Source: Candidatus Omnitrophota bacterium (GTDB taxonomy: Bacteria > Omnitrophota > Gorgyraeia > Ghiorseimicrobiales > Ghiorseimicrobiaceae). From it: a DNA stretch of 64,000 nucleotides. The position numbers and the translations under genes are program-made. The notes under the pieces were generated by a model. That model was not told the origin of the DNA. It made no database searches and worked only from the letters and a program-made list of their open reading frames with translations. Every line of letters begins with the position of its first letter. Positions within the stretch are counted from its first letter, which is position 1. Shown here in pieces: positions 1 to 8,854 of the stretch. Location of the stretch: assembly GCA_030681595.1 (NCBI GenBank), contig JAUXSB010000003.1:223207-287206 (forward strand), given 5' to 3'.

Positions 1-933
1 GCCTGCATATCAGTGGGAAAACCCGGATAAGGAAGCGTGGTAATATTTACTGGCTTAAATTTATTCCGGCTTGATTTTGTATAGATATAGCCGTCATTTT
101 TTTCTACTGTCACGCCTGCCTCTTCTAATTTATCGATTAACACCGACAAGTGCTGATACACGGCTCCTTTAATAACAATACTGCCTCGAGTAATTATGCT
201 GGCCATGATAAATGTTCCAGCTTCAATCCTATCGGGAATTACTTTATGTTCTGCCCCACCCAAACTCCTTACGCCCTCTATTTCGATATTGGGGCTGCCC
301 TGTCCGGTAATCTTAGCGCCCATCTTGTTTAAAAAATTAGCCAAATCCGCGACCTCCGGCTCACACGCCGCGTTCTCAATTAAAGTCTTTCCTTTTGCCA
401 GGACTGCCGCCATCATCACATTGGCTGTCGCTAAAACGGAGGAGCCAAACTCACCGCCTAAATAAATCGATCCGCCTTTTAAATCTTTGACACTCGCGTT
501 AACGTACCCGCCGGAAACGCTAACCGCCACGTTAAGCCTTTGCAGCCCTTTTAGATGCAGATCTACGGGGCGTACGCCGATAATGCATCCGCCGGGAAGA
601 GAAACGCGCGCTTTCTTTAATCTGCCGACCAAAGGACCCAACACGCAAAATGAAGCACGCATCTTAGAAACAAGATTATAAGGCGCGGTATAACTCTTAA
701 GCTTTTTAGCGCATATCGTAACTTTTCCCTTATCAAATTCTGCCTCTGCCCCTAAAGCGCGTAAAATCTTAAGCATCAAATGCATATCCCGTAAGTCAGG
801 GACATTTTTTATAACACACGGCTCATCGCTAAGCAATGCCGCGGCCATAATAGGAAGAGAGGCGTTTTTAGAGCCACTGATATTTACCTCCCCTTTAAGC
901 CTTGCTCCGCCTTCAATGATTAGTTTGTCCATT
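1..933 (-). CDS. murA: UDP-N-acetylglucosamine 1-carboxyvinyltransferase MurA. Partial: the C-terminus lies beyond the window start.
   Basis: Minus-strand frame read by hand from the ATG at ~931-933. It translates as MDKLIIEGGARLKGEVNISGSKNASLPIMAAALL...GFPTDMQA, a typical MurA N-terminal and central region. The ORF is missing from the ORF track because it has no stop codon inside the window. Confidence 0.85.
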
Positions 934-1004
934 TATCCTCGCTTGGCTTACACGATACCAGTCTCAGTAACCAGTAATTCAGTAAATTTTTGCCTGGTAT
1001 CTGG
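934..1004 (-). promoter_or_regulatory. L3 leader element upstream of murA.
   Basis: AGTAACCAGATACCAG ... ACTGGTTACT / CTGGTATC interleaved inverted repeats. It is homologous to 36706-36786. Confidence 0.45.
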
Positions 1005-1799
1005 TTACTTAAATTTTAAAACAATTATCCTTTCTATAAGATTATAATCTTTAATGGTTTCACTAACCATAAAATTTCCTGATTGCTTAGCGATATTCCC
1101 TATTGCCTCTTTTTGGTTATCGCCCATTTCCATGATTAAATAACCATTTTCCCTTAGGTGCCGGGGCGAATCTTTGATTACCTTTCGGTAAAAATCTAGG
1201 CCATCGCAGCCGCCATCTAAGGCAATCATGGGTTCATATTGCACTTCTTTAGGTAATTTTTTAATCTCATCACTACTAATATACGGGGGATTGGAGACAA
1301 TAATATCGCAGCAGGCAACAGGCAGCAAGCAACAGGCAAAAAAATCTGATTGTAAAAACTTAATTCTGCCGGCGACATTATTTAATTCCGCATTTTCCTG
1401 CGCAATATTTATGGCTTCGAGAGAAATATCTATTGCAATAACTTCTGCCTCCGGTAAAAATTTTGCCAGACTCACGGCAATACATCCGGAACCAGTACCA
1501 ATATCCAATATATTTAAGCTTGCAGCCTGTAGCTTGCAGCCTGTAGCTATTTTTATAGCCGTTTCTACCAAAATCTCTGTCTCGGGACGAGGAATAAACA
1601 CACCCTCCCTCACCATAATCTTTAAGCCCATAAATTCGCTCGAACCTAAAATATATTGCAAAGGCAGGCCGGCAGAGCGTAATTTAAGCACGTCCTTTAA
1701 CCGGGCATAATGCTTAGCGTTTAACAACCCGCCCTTTAGGTATAATTCATGCCGCGGGCAATCCAATAAACTCGTTAGGATTAATTCCGCTTCATTCAT
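1005..1799 (-). CDS. prmC: Release factor glutamine N5-methyltransferase PrmC/HemK.
   Basis: 264-aa protein with a DIGTGSGCIA SAM-binding motif and an NPPY motif. It overlaps prfA by 4 nt, the classic prfA-prmC operon arrangement. Confidence 0.85.
   Translation of the reverse strand: MNEAELILTSLLDCPRHELYLKGGLLNAKHYARLKDVLKLRSAGLPLQYILGSSEFMGLKIMVREGVFIPRPETEILVETAIKIATGCKLQAASLNILDIGTGSGCIAVSLAKFLPEAEVIAIDISLEAINIAQENAELNNVAGRIKFLQSDFFACCLLPVACCDIIVSNPPYISSDEIKKLPKEVQYEPMIALDGGCDGLDFYRKVIKDSPRHLRENGYLIMEMGDNQKEAIGNIAKQSGNFMVSETIKDYNLIERIIVLKFK
1309..1344 (-). repeat. Imperfect direct repeat GCAACAGGCA(n) inside prmC.
   Basis: GCAGGCAACAGGCAGCAAGCAACAGGCAAAAAAA encodes ACCLLPVACC. A second 14-bp x2 repeat (GCTTGCAGCCTGTA) lies at ~1517-1548 in the same gene. 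Confidence 0.8.
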
Positions 1800-2893
1800 A
1801 CTGCCTCGCTTTTTTCTTTATTTTCGCTTTCCTGCAGGACCTTGATAAATTCTTCTATATTCCCGTTTAAAACATCTTCAAGCCTGTATACGGTAAAATT
1901 AATCCTGTGATCAGTAATACGCCTATCCGGAAAATTATAAGTACGTATCTTTTCGGCCCGATCGCCTGTGCCAACCTGCGACCGGCGCTCGGAAGTCATC
2001 TTATTAAATTCTTCCTGTTTTATTTTATCTAAAAGCCGCGCCCTTAAAACACGCATTGCCTTATGTTTATTTTTTAACTGCGAACGCTCATCTTGACAAG
2101 TGACTATCACTCCGCTGGGCAGATGAGTAATTCGCACTGCCGAATCAGTTGTATTGACGCTCTGTCCACCTGCGCCCTTGGAACGATAAACATCAATTTT
2201 TAAATCCTGGGGATTAATAACTAAATCCACCTCTTCCGGCTCAACTAATACGGCAACGGTCACTGTGGAGGTATGAATCCTGCCGGAAGCCTCGGTTACC
2301 GGAACACGCTGGACGCGGTGCACGCCGCTTTCATATTTTAAATTTTTATAGGTGGCCATACCGGAAATGCTAAAGATTATTTCTTTAAATCCTCCGGCAT
2401 CGGTGGGATGGCTAGCCATTACTTCATATTTATAGCCTTTGGCGTCGGCGTATTTCGTATACATCCGGTATAAATTACCGACGAAAAGGCTTGCCTCCTG
2501 GCCGCCCGTGCCGGCGCGGATTTCCATAATAACTTCTTCATGCTTATCCGCGCCTTCTCCGGAAATTAAAGATTTAATCTCTGCGCTTAAAACCGGTATC
2601 TCTTCTCTTAGTTTAGCTATCTCGCTTTTGGCTAAGTCCAAAAAGCTTTCATCGTGCTGCTCAGAAAGAAGGCGCTCCAAACCCTTTAATTCCTCATCCT
2701 TGCTATTAAGAAGCTTGGCCCTCTCAACAATCCTGGAGAGCTTAGAAAGTTCCTTGGCGTAAGCCTGATACTTATTTTTATCGGCAAGGGTTTCCTGCTT
2801 CACCAAAAGCTCTTCCAGCTCTTTATAACGCGACTCTATTTTTTGTAGCTTTTTAAACATTTTCGATGACGACACAAGTTGCAGAGACTCCAA
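1796..2893 (-). CDS. prfA: Peptide chain release factor 1.
   Basis: 365-aa protein with the GGQ motif (RSKGAGGQSVNTTDSAVRITHLP) and RF-1 family sequence. Confidence 0.95.
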   Translation of the reverse strand: MESLQLVSSSKMFKKLQKIESRYKELEELLVKQETLADKNKYQAYAKELSKLSRIVERAKLLNSKDEELKGLERLLSEQHDESFLDLAKSEIAKLREEIPVLSAEIKSLISGEGADKHEEVIMEIRAGTGGQEASLFVGNLYRMYTKYADAKGYKYEVMASHPTDAGGFKEIIFSISGMATYKNLKYESGVHRVQRVPVTEASGRIHTSTVTVAVLVEPEEVDLVINPQDLKIDVYRSKGAGGQSVNTTDSAVRITHLPSGVIVTCQDERSQLKNKHKAMRVLRARLLDKIKQEEFNKMTSERRSQVGTGDRAEKIRTYNFPDRRITDHRINFTVYRLEDVLNGNIEEFIKVLQESENKEKSEAV

Positions 2894-3014
2894 AAGAGAC
2901 GTAACTTGTATGTCGGAATTTAACCCAGCACTTATTTTTACTAAAAATAAGTGCTGAATAAGTTCGGGCAGATAACTTATGTCGCCTTACAAGTTCCATA
3001 AGTTAAACCCTCCC
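2894..3014 (-). promoter_or_regulatory. L1 leader-family element upstream of prfA (box, hairpin 1, GGTTAAATTCC, hairpin 2).
   Basis: Perfect hairpin CAGCACTTATTTTTA/CTAAAAATAAGTGCTG at ~2926-2956. The box CTTATGTCGCCTTACAAGTTCCATAAGTT at ~2975-3005 is homologous to 51447-51482. Confidence 0.5.
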
Positions 3015-3212
3015 TTATTTCTTATATTTCTTCATAAATTTATCGACTCTTCCTGCCGAATCCACAAACTTCTGCTTGCCCGTAAAAAACGGATGGCATT
3101 TAGAGCAAATTTCTACACGGACATTCTGTTTAGTTGAACGAGTATGGATTATCTCCCCGCAAGCACAAATAATCGAAGCCTCCTGATAATTTGGATGAAT
3201 TTTATCTTTCAT
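3015..3212 (-). CDS. rpmE: 50S ribosomal protein L31.
   Basis: Translates as [26 protein letters not shown]...CHPFFTG. The AAGGAGAG RBS sits upstream of the internal ATG. The ORF-track start at 3239 is a GTG extension reaching into the leader. Confidence 0.9.
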   Translation of the reverse strand: MKDKIHPNYQEASIICACGEIIHTRSTKQNVRVEICSKCHPFFTGKQKFVDSAGRVDKFMKKYKK

Positions 3213-3407
3213 TTTATTTTCTCTCCTTAATGACGACACGATTTACGGAATGTTAATGAGATAAATCGTATGCCGGAATTAATCCCGCTGAGTGTGCCAA
3301 AATTGTAGACCCTCTGGAATTTCTTTGAAATTCCGAGGACTTAGTCCCGGAAATTCTTCGAATTTCTCGGGGATAGAATTTTGGCACACTCAGCGGAATA
3401 TCCTCAC
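3213..3407 (-). promoter_or_regulatory. L1 leader-family element upstream of rpmE, expanded by nested hairpins.
   Basis: A 20-bp inverted repeat CCGCTGAGTGTGCCAAAATT ... AATTTTGGCACACTCAGCGG (~3286-3400) encloses three internal hairpins. GGGATTAATTCC, a second hairpin and TCATTAAGGAGAG are shared with the rho leader. Confidence 0.5.
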
Positions 3408-4655
3408 TTATTGGTTCATGCTCGCCAAGAACTCTTTATTGTTTTTAGTTTTAGACATCCTGTCAATAAGAAGCTCCATTGCTTCCGCCGAATTCAAATC
3501 ATTCAGCACCTTCCTTAATATCCATATTTTCTGCAAATCATCTCCTTTTATCAACAGCTCCTCTCTTCTTGTATTTGAACGCTTAATATCAATAGCGGGA
3601 TAAATCCTGCGCTGGAATAAATTCCTGTCTAACTGCAGTTCCATGTTGCCGGTCCCTTTAAATTCTTCAAAAATAACTTCATCCATGCGGCTGCCAGTAT
3701 CAACCAAAGCGGTCGCGATAATAGTAAGGCTGCCTCCTTCCTCAACAGCCCGGGCGGCGCCAAAGAAACGCTTAGGTTTATGTAAAGCATTAGAATCTAC
3801 CCCGCCGGATAAAATTTTCCCCGAATGCGGCACTACTGTATTATATGCCCGGGCAAGGCGGGTAATACTGTCCAGTAAAATCACCACATCTTTACCATGT
3901 TCAACAAGCCTCTTTGATTTTTCAAGGACAATCTCGGCAACTTGAACATGGCGCTCTGCCGGCTCATCAAATGTAGAAGAGATAACTTCCCCTTTAACAC
4001 TCCTCTGCATATCGGTAACCTCTTCCGGCCTTTCATCAATAAGCAAAACTATCAAAACTACATCCTGATGATTTTGGGTAATGGAATTGGCAATTTTTTG
4101 TAAAAGCACGGTTTTACCGCTATAGGGTTGTGCCACAATTAAAGCACGCTGCCCCTTGCCTAAGGGAGTAAGCAAATCCATTATACGGGTAGATATCTCT
4201 TCGGGATTAGCCTCAAGAAGAAAACGCTCATGCGGATAAATAGGCGTTAAGTTGTCAAACAATATTTTATCTTTTGTGCTCTCCGGGTTTTCAAAATCAA
4301 CCGCTTCAACTTTTAAAAGCGCGAAATATTTTTCCCCCTCTTTGGGCGGGCGGATCTGCCCGCTTACGGTATCGCCGGTCTTTAAGTCAAATTTTCTTAT
4401 CTGGGATGGCGAAATATAAATATCATCCGGGCAAGGCAGGTAATTATAATTCGGGCTCCTTAAGAATCCAAAACCATCTGGAAGGATTTCCAAAACCCCC
4501 TCCCCGAACATCAGCCCTTCTTTTTCTGCCTGCGCCTGTAAAATTTTGAAAATCAAATCCTGTTTTTTTAAGCCGCTGACGCCGTTAACATTTAAATCCT
4601 TTGCTATTTTGCTCAATTCGGTAATCTTTTTTTCTTTTAAGTTTATGATATCCAT
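3408..4655 (-). CDS. rho: Transcription termination factor Rho.
   Basis: 415-aa protein with an N-terminal RNA-binding domain, a Walker A motif (QPYSGKT) and a RecA-like ATPase core. Confidence 0.95.
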   Translation of the reverse strand: MDIINLKEKKITELSKIAKDLNVNGVSGLKKQDLIFKILQAQAEKEGLMFGEGVLEILPDGFGFLRSPNYNYLPCPDDIYISPSQIRKFDLKTGDTVSGQIRPPKEGEKYFALLKVEAVDFENPESTKDKILFDNLTPIYPHERFLLEANPEEISTRIMDLLTPLGKGQRALIVAQPYSGKTVLLQKIANSITQNHQDVVLIVLLIDERPEEVTDMQRSVKGEVISSTFDEPAERHVQVAEIVLEKSKRLVEHGKDVVILLDSITRLARAYNTVVPHSGKILSGGVDSNALHKPKRFFGAARAVEEGGSLTIIATALVDTGSRMDEVIFEEFKGTGNMELQLDRNLFQRRIYPAIDIKRSNTRREELLIKGDDLQKIWILRKVLNDLNSAEAMELLIDRMSKTKNNKEFLASMNQ

Positions 4656-4767
4656 CTTTTACCCTCTCCTTAATGAACACATAAGTTACAGAATGAAATG
4701 ATGTAACTTATAAGTGTGAATTAATCCCGCCGAGTGTGTCAAAATTGTAGAATAGAATTTTGACACA
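4656..4767 (-). promoter_or_regulatory. L1 leader-family element upstream of rho, with a candidate -10 TATAAT.
   Basis: In sense orientation: cgTATAATgtgtcaaaattctattctacaattttgacacactcggcGGGATTAATTCac-[hairpin acttataagttaca...tgtaacttatgtgt]-TCATTAAGGAGAGggtaaaagATG. Confidence 0.5.
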
Positions 4768-5382
4768 TTATACGAGGCGGGACAACGACTCCCATACTTT
4801 TTTTACCTCTTTTTCGGTATCCGCCAATGTCTTATTATTATCTATCACGTAATCCGCTATTTTGATTTTTTGCGATAGCGGCAGCTGAAATTTTATACGC
4901 CTTAAAATATCAGCCTTTTTTAAACCAAATTTATCGCCGAGGCGCAAAATCTGTGTGCGCCTATCGGCTTTTACTACTATTAATTTATCCATTGCTTTAT
5001 GCAGGCAAGTTTCAACAAGTAAAGGAGCGTCTAAAATAATTATTTTCCCCGGGATATTTTTTTGCGCACGCCTGACTTCGCTTTTTATTCTTTTTATTAT
5101 TGGCGGGTGAATTATTTTCTGATAATCCGATAATTTTTTTGTATCATTAAATACAATATCTGCGATCTTTTTACGGCTTATTGATTTATCCTTATTTAAT
5201 ACCTGCCGGCCAAATCTTAAAATTATTTTCCTGTATATTCCGCTTTTTCGCGACATGAGTAAACTATGCGCTATGTTGTCTGCGTCAATAATTTTTGCCC
5301 CTAATTTCCTAAAAATACCCGCTACCGTGGTCTTTCCTGTGCCAAACCCGCCAGTAAGGCCGATAATAAGCGCCTTGCGCAT
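4768..5382 (-). CDS. coaE: Dephospho-CoA kinase.
   Basis: 204-aa protein with a GLTGGFGTGKTT P-loop at the N-terminus. It lies immediately downstream of polA. Confidence 0.85.
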   Translation of the reverse strand: MRKALIIGLTGGFGTGKTTVAGIFRKLGAKIIDADNIAHSLLMSRKSGIYRKIILRFGRQVLNKDKSISRKKIADIVFNDTKKLSDYQKIIHPPIIKRIKSEVRRAQKNIPGKIIILDAPLLVETCLHKAMDKLIVVKADRRTQILRLGDKFGLKKADILRRIKFQLPLSQKIKIADYVIDNNKTLADTEKEVKKVWESLSRLV

Positions 5383-5385
5383 AGT

Positions 5386-7956
5386 CTATAGCTCCAGGCT
5401 TTCCATGCTATACCAGCTCTTGCCGTACGCTGCTTCAACTTTTATCGGCACAGAAAGCGATAAAACATTCTCCATATTCCTTACCGCTAGCGTATACAAT
5501 TCCTTAAGTTCATTTTTATCCACGTCAAAAATAAGCTCATCATGAACCTGAAGCATCATTTTTGACTTGAGCAATTTTTTTTTAAGTTCATTATGAATAT
5601 TTACCATCGCCAGCTTTACCATATCGCTGGCGCTTCCCTGAATAGGGGCATTTATTGCCTGGCGCTCCGCAAAACCCCTTAATTGGTTATTAGGGCTGTT
5701 TATTTCTTTTAAATACCTTCTCCTGCCTAAGAGTGTCGCGACAAAACCGTCTTTTTTGGCTTTAGCTATAGTCTCATCAATATATTTTTTTACCCCGGGA
5801 TACCTCAAAAAATACTCATCAATAAACCTTCCCGCGTCTTCATTAGAAATACCCAGGTCTTTACTTAATCCAAAACTGCTCATACCGTAAATTATTCCGA
5901 AGTTTACTCTTTTTGCGGTATCGCGCATCTTTTCACTCACTTTTTCTTCAGCCACGCCAAAAATCAGCGATGCCGTATAGCGGTGCACGTCCTTATCTTC
6001 TTTAAAAGCACGGATTAAATTGGCATCGCCGGATAAATGCGCTAAAATCCTTAACTCTATCTGGGAATAATCACAGGCAAAGAGATAGCTATCCGCTTTT
6101 GAAGGGATAAAGGCAAGGCGTATCCTACGGCCTTCTTCAGTTTTTACCGGGATATTCTGCAAATTAGGATTAGAAGACGACAGCCTCCCCGTCTGGGTAC
6201 CTGTTTGATTAAACGTTGTATGCAGCCTTCCATCAGAAGCATCTATCAAGCCGGGCAAGGCATCTATATATGTAGACTTTAATTTCAGCAACTGCCGGTA
6301 GTCCAAGATTAAAGCCGGAAGGCTATTCATCGCGGCTAATTTCACCAGGACTTCCTCATCAGTAGAAGGCCCTGTTTTCGTTTTCTTAACGATCGGCAAT
6401 TTAAGCTTATCAAACAAAATAAGCCTTAATTGCTTAGGTGAATTAATGTTAAACTTTTTTTCCGAAATTTTATAAATTTCGCCTTCCAATACCGATATGC
6501 GTTTTTCTAGTTCTTCTGATAAAGACGCCAAAATATCTAAATCGATTTTTACGCCTGTCATCTCCATATCGGAAAGGACTTCTGTCAGCGGCATTTCGAT
6601 ATCACGAAATAACTTTTCCTGATTCCTCTCTCTTAGATTTTGCTCAAGCACCTCTTTTAGGCTAAGAATTACGCTTACCATCGGCCCTTTCTCTTTACGC
6701 AGGATATCATCCGCATCTAAATATTCAGACGCCAAGTCCTCTAAATCGTAGGAAGCTTGTGCGGGGTTCAAAATATAGGCGGCAAGCATTAAATCAAAAT
6801 CCAGCCCCGAAAGTTTAATGCCGTATTTAATCAACCCTACCATTGCCTGTTTTAAATTATGCCCTATTTTCTTGATATCCCCGTCACTAAAAATATCATT
6901 AAATTCGGGATAAAACCTATCTTCTACGCAGTAGCTTGTATCGCCCTGATAAAAGTAAATCTTTGGAATTCTCCCTTCAGAAAATTCCGGTAAAAACACT
7001 AGGCGTTTTTCTTTTTTTATCTCCTCGACTATTTTTTTTACTCCTGAGAGCGCATCTAATTTTTTAACGTCCGCTTGCGGCGCGTTAGGCTGCGCTCCTT
7101 TAACCGGCAGGTCCTTAAGCAGGATTTTAAATTCAAGCCTCCTGAAAATCCTATATAAACTATCATAATCAGGGCTTGTCACTTTTAACTTGGCAAAATC
7201 CAGGTTTAAGGGGACTTGTGTATTTAAAGCTACCAATCGCTTGCTTAAAAACAACTTATCCTTTTGTTCCTCTAACATATTCCTTACACGCTGCGGCAGG
7301 ACGCCATCGATATGACTTAATAAATTATCTATATTGCCGTATTTTTTTATTAAATCAACCGCGGTTTTTTCTCCTATGCCCTTGACTCCGGGAATATTAT
7401 CTATTGCGTCTCCGGTTAGAGACAACATATCAGCTATCTGCCCGGCCTCTATGCCAAACCGGTTTATTACGGCCTCCCTATCGATTATCGGAACGCTGTG
7501 GTATGGATTATATACCCTGATATTACCGTTAATTAACTGGAGCATATCTTTATCGGCAGAAACAACAAAAACATCAAAATCATTCTCTGCTTTTGTCGCG
7601 ATAGTAGCAATAATATCGTCCGCCTCAAATCCTTCTTTTTCAAAAATAGAAAACTTATAGGCTGAAATCACCTCTTTGATTATGTTTATTTGGGATACGA
7701 GCTCATCCGGCATATCCGGACGCCCGCCTTTATAATCAACAAATATTTCTTTACGGAAAGTATCCCGGTTGACATCAAAACAGATGGACAGGTAATCCGG
7801 ATTATTCTCTTTGAGAATTTTATTTAAGATATTTAAAAAACCGTAGACTGCGCCTGTAGGCTGTCCGTAAGAAGTAGATAAATTTGCCTTAATAGCAAAA
7901 AAAGCGCGGTAACAGAATGAATTTGCGTCAAAGAGGAATAATTTCGGTTTAGGCAT
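5386..7956 (-). CDS. polA: DNA polymerase I.
   Basis: 856-aa protein with an N-terminal 5'-3' exonuclease domain (FLFDANSFCYRAFFA) and C-terminal family A polymerase motifs (QVHDELIF, RRxAKxxNFGIIYG). Confidence 0.95.
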   Translation of the reverse strand: MPKPKLFLFDANSFCYRAFFAIKANLSTSYGQPTGAVYGFLNILNKILKENNPDYLSICFDVNRDTFRKEIFVDYKGGRPDMPDELVSQINIIKEVISAYKFSIFEKEGFEADDIIATIATKAENDFDVFVVSADKDMLQLINGNIRVYNPYHSVPIIDREAVINRFGIEAGQIADMLSLTGDAIDNIPGVKGIGEKTAVDLIKKYGNIDNLLSHIDGVLPQRVRNMLEEQKDKLFLSKRLVALNTQVPLNLDFAKLKVTSPDYDSLYRIFRRLEFKILLKDLPVKGAQPNAPQADVKKLDALSGVKKIVEEIKKEKRLVFLPEFSEGRIPKIYFYQGDTSYCVEDRFYPEFNDIFSDGDIKKIGHNLKQAMVGLIKYGIKLSGLDFDLMLAAYILNPAQASYDLEDLASEYLDADDILRKEKGPMVSVILSLKEVLEQNLRERNQEKLFRDIEMPLTEVLSDMEMTGVKIDLDILASLSEELEKRISVLEGEIYKISEKKFNINSPKQLRLILFDKLKLPIVKKTKTGPSTDEEVLVKLAAMNSLPALILDYRQLLKLKSTYIDALPGLIDASDGRLHTTFNQTGTQTGRLSSSNPNLQNIPVKTEEGRRIRLAFIPSKADSYLFACDYSQIELRILAHLSGDANLIRAFKEDKDVHRYTASLIFGVAEEKVSEKMRDTAKRVNFGIIYGMSSFGLSKDLGISNEDAGRFIDEYFLRYPGVKKYIDETIAKAKKDGFVATLLGRRRYLKEINSPNNQLRGFAERQAINAPIQGSASDMVKLAMVNIHNELKKKLLKSKMMLQVHDELIFDVDKNELKELYTLAVRNMENVLSLSVPIKVEAAYGKSWYSMESLEL

Positions 7957-8123
7957 AATTTATATTAAAACCAAACAATAAAATCTATTTATCTCGGTCT
8001 TTGAATTAACCATTTGGGCAGCTTAAAGGTCATCCTAGAAGGCAAGTATTTAACATTTGGATAAAATTCGGGTTTAGATATGGGAAATTTTAAGGTTTAA
8101 GATTGGTGCTGATAAATTATTTC

Positions 8124-8750
8124 TTATCTTATTTTTTGGCGGTCCATCTCCAACAACAATTTCTTAGCCTCTTCATCGTAGTTATTCTTTTTAATATAGG
8201 GCTCACTGCTCAGATTTTCGAACTTGTGCTTCATCGCCTCTATTTCATCCGAAAGAAATTCTGCGTCCTGCCTTTTGAGGTCCTCTGTTATTTGCGGATA
8301 AATCTGGCCAATCTGGCGTAAATGCTCTCTCGCTTCTGAGACGCCGCGGGAATGCGGCTGGCCAAAACGCAGCCTTTGTTTCCAGTAGAAAGCCGCTTTT
8401 AAAAAATCGCCCTCTGATTCATACAAAGCGGCTAAATTATAATAGACTTCTTTATAATTAGGGTCTATTTCTAATGCGCGCTGATACATTGCTCTTGCCA
8501 TGCTTTTATTGCCCTTGCGCTCATATAAAACCCCTAAATCGTTATAGGCAATGCTGTAATTGGGGTCTACGGCAATCGCTTTCTCATAACAGGAAAAAGC
8601 GGTTTCATAATCACCGATTCTTTGGGCTTCATAACCTCTTTCCCGATAGAGACGAGCCTCTTCTTTGACGATGCTGGAAAAGGCAAGGGAAGGCAACAAG
8701 ATTGAGAGAAATACTAAGATTAGCTTCTGGGGACTTACACCCTTATTCAT
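8124..8750 (-). CDS. Tetratricopeptide-repeat protein, probably secreted.
   Basis: 208-aa protein with an N-terminal signal peptide and repeated TPR-like 34-residue units (AxxYxxALxxxP). Confidence 0.6.
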   Translation of the reverse strand: MNKGVSPQKLILVFLSILLPSLAFSSIVKEEARLYRERGYEAQRIGDYETAFSCYEKAIAVDPNYSIAYNDLGVLYERKGNKSMARAMYQRALEIDPNYKEVYYNLAALYESEGDFLKAAFYWKQRLRFGQPHSRGVSEAREHLRQIGQIYPQITEDLKRQDAEFLSDEIEAMKHKFENLSSEPYIKKNNYDEEAKKLLLEMDRQKIR

Positions 8751-8854
8751 CTGCTATTTTTAATTGTAGTATATATATGGGATATTTTCAAGATAATTTT
8801 TAAACATAGCCCCGGCAAGAGAAGACACAAGGTAATCTGTCATAAGCCGGCCAA

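Noticed and set aside
1228-1710. Long plus-strand ORFs, for example 1228-1710, 17054-17707, 31985-32551, 39453-40091, 46296-46928 and 61449-61988.
   Set aside because: Each lies antisense within a minus-strand gene that has strong family motifs. Their products are low-complexity Ser/Leu/Ala-rich sequences with no start context.
3212-3239. N-terminal extensions in the ORF track: rpmE GTG at 3239, nadA TTG at 55822, the YHS protein at 60470, SpoIID at 25725.
   Set aside because: The extensions run into conserved leader repeats (L1, L2) or hairpins. The internal ATGs have proper RBSs and match family N-termini.
3340-3370. A TTCGAAT-like T-loop motif hinting at a tRNA.
   Set aside because: No acceptor stem or anticodon arm can be built. 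The motif is part of a GAAATTC/GAATTTC hairpin inside the L1 rpmE leader.
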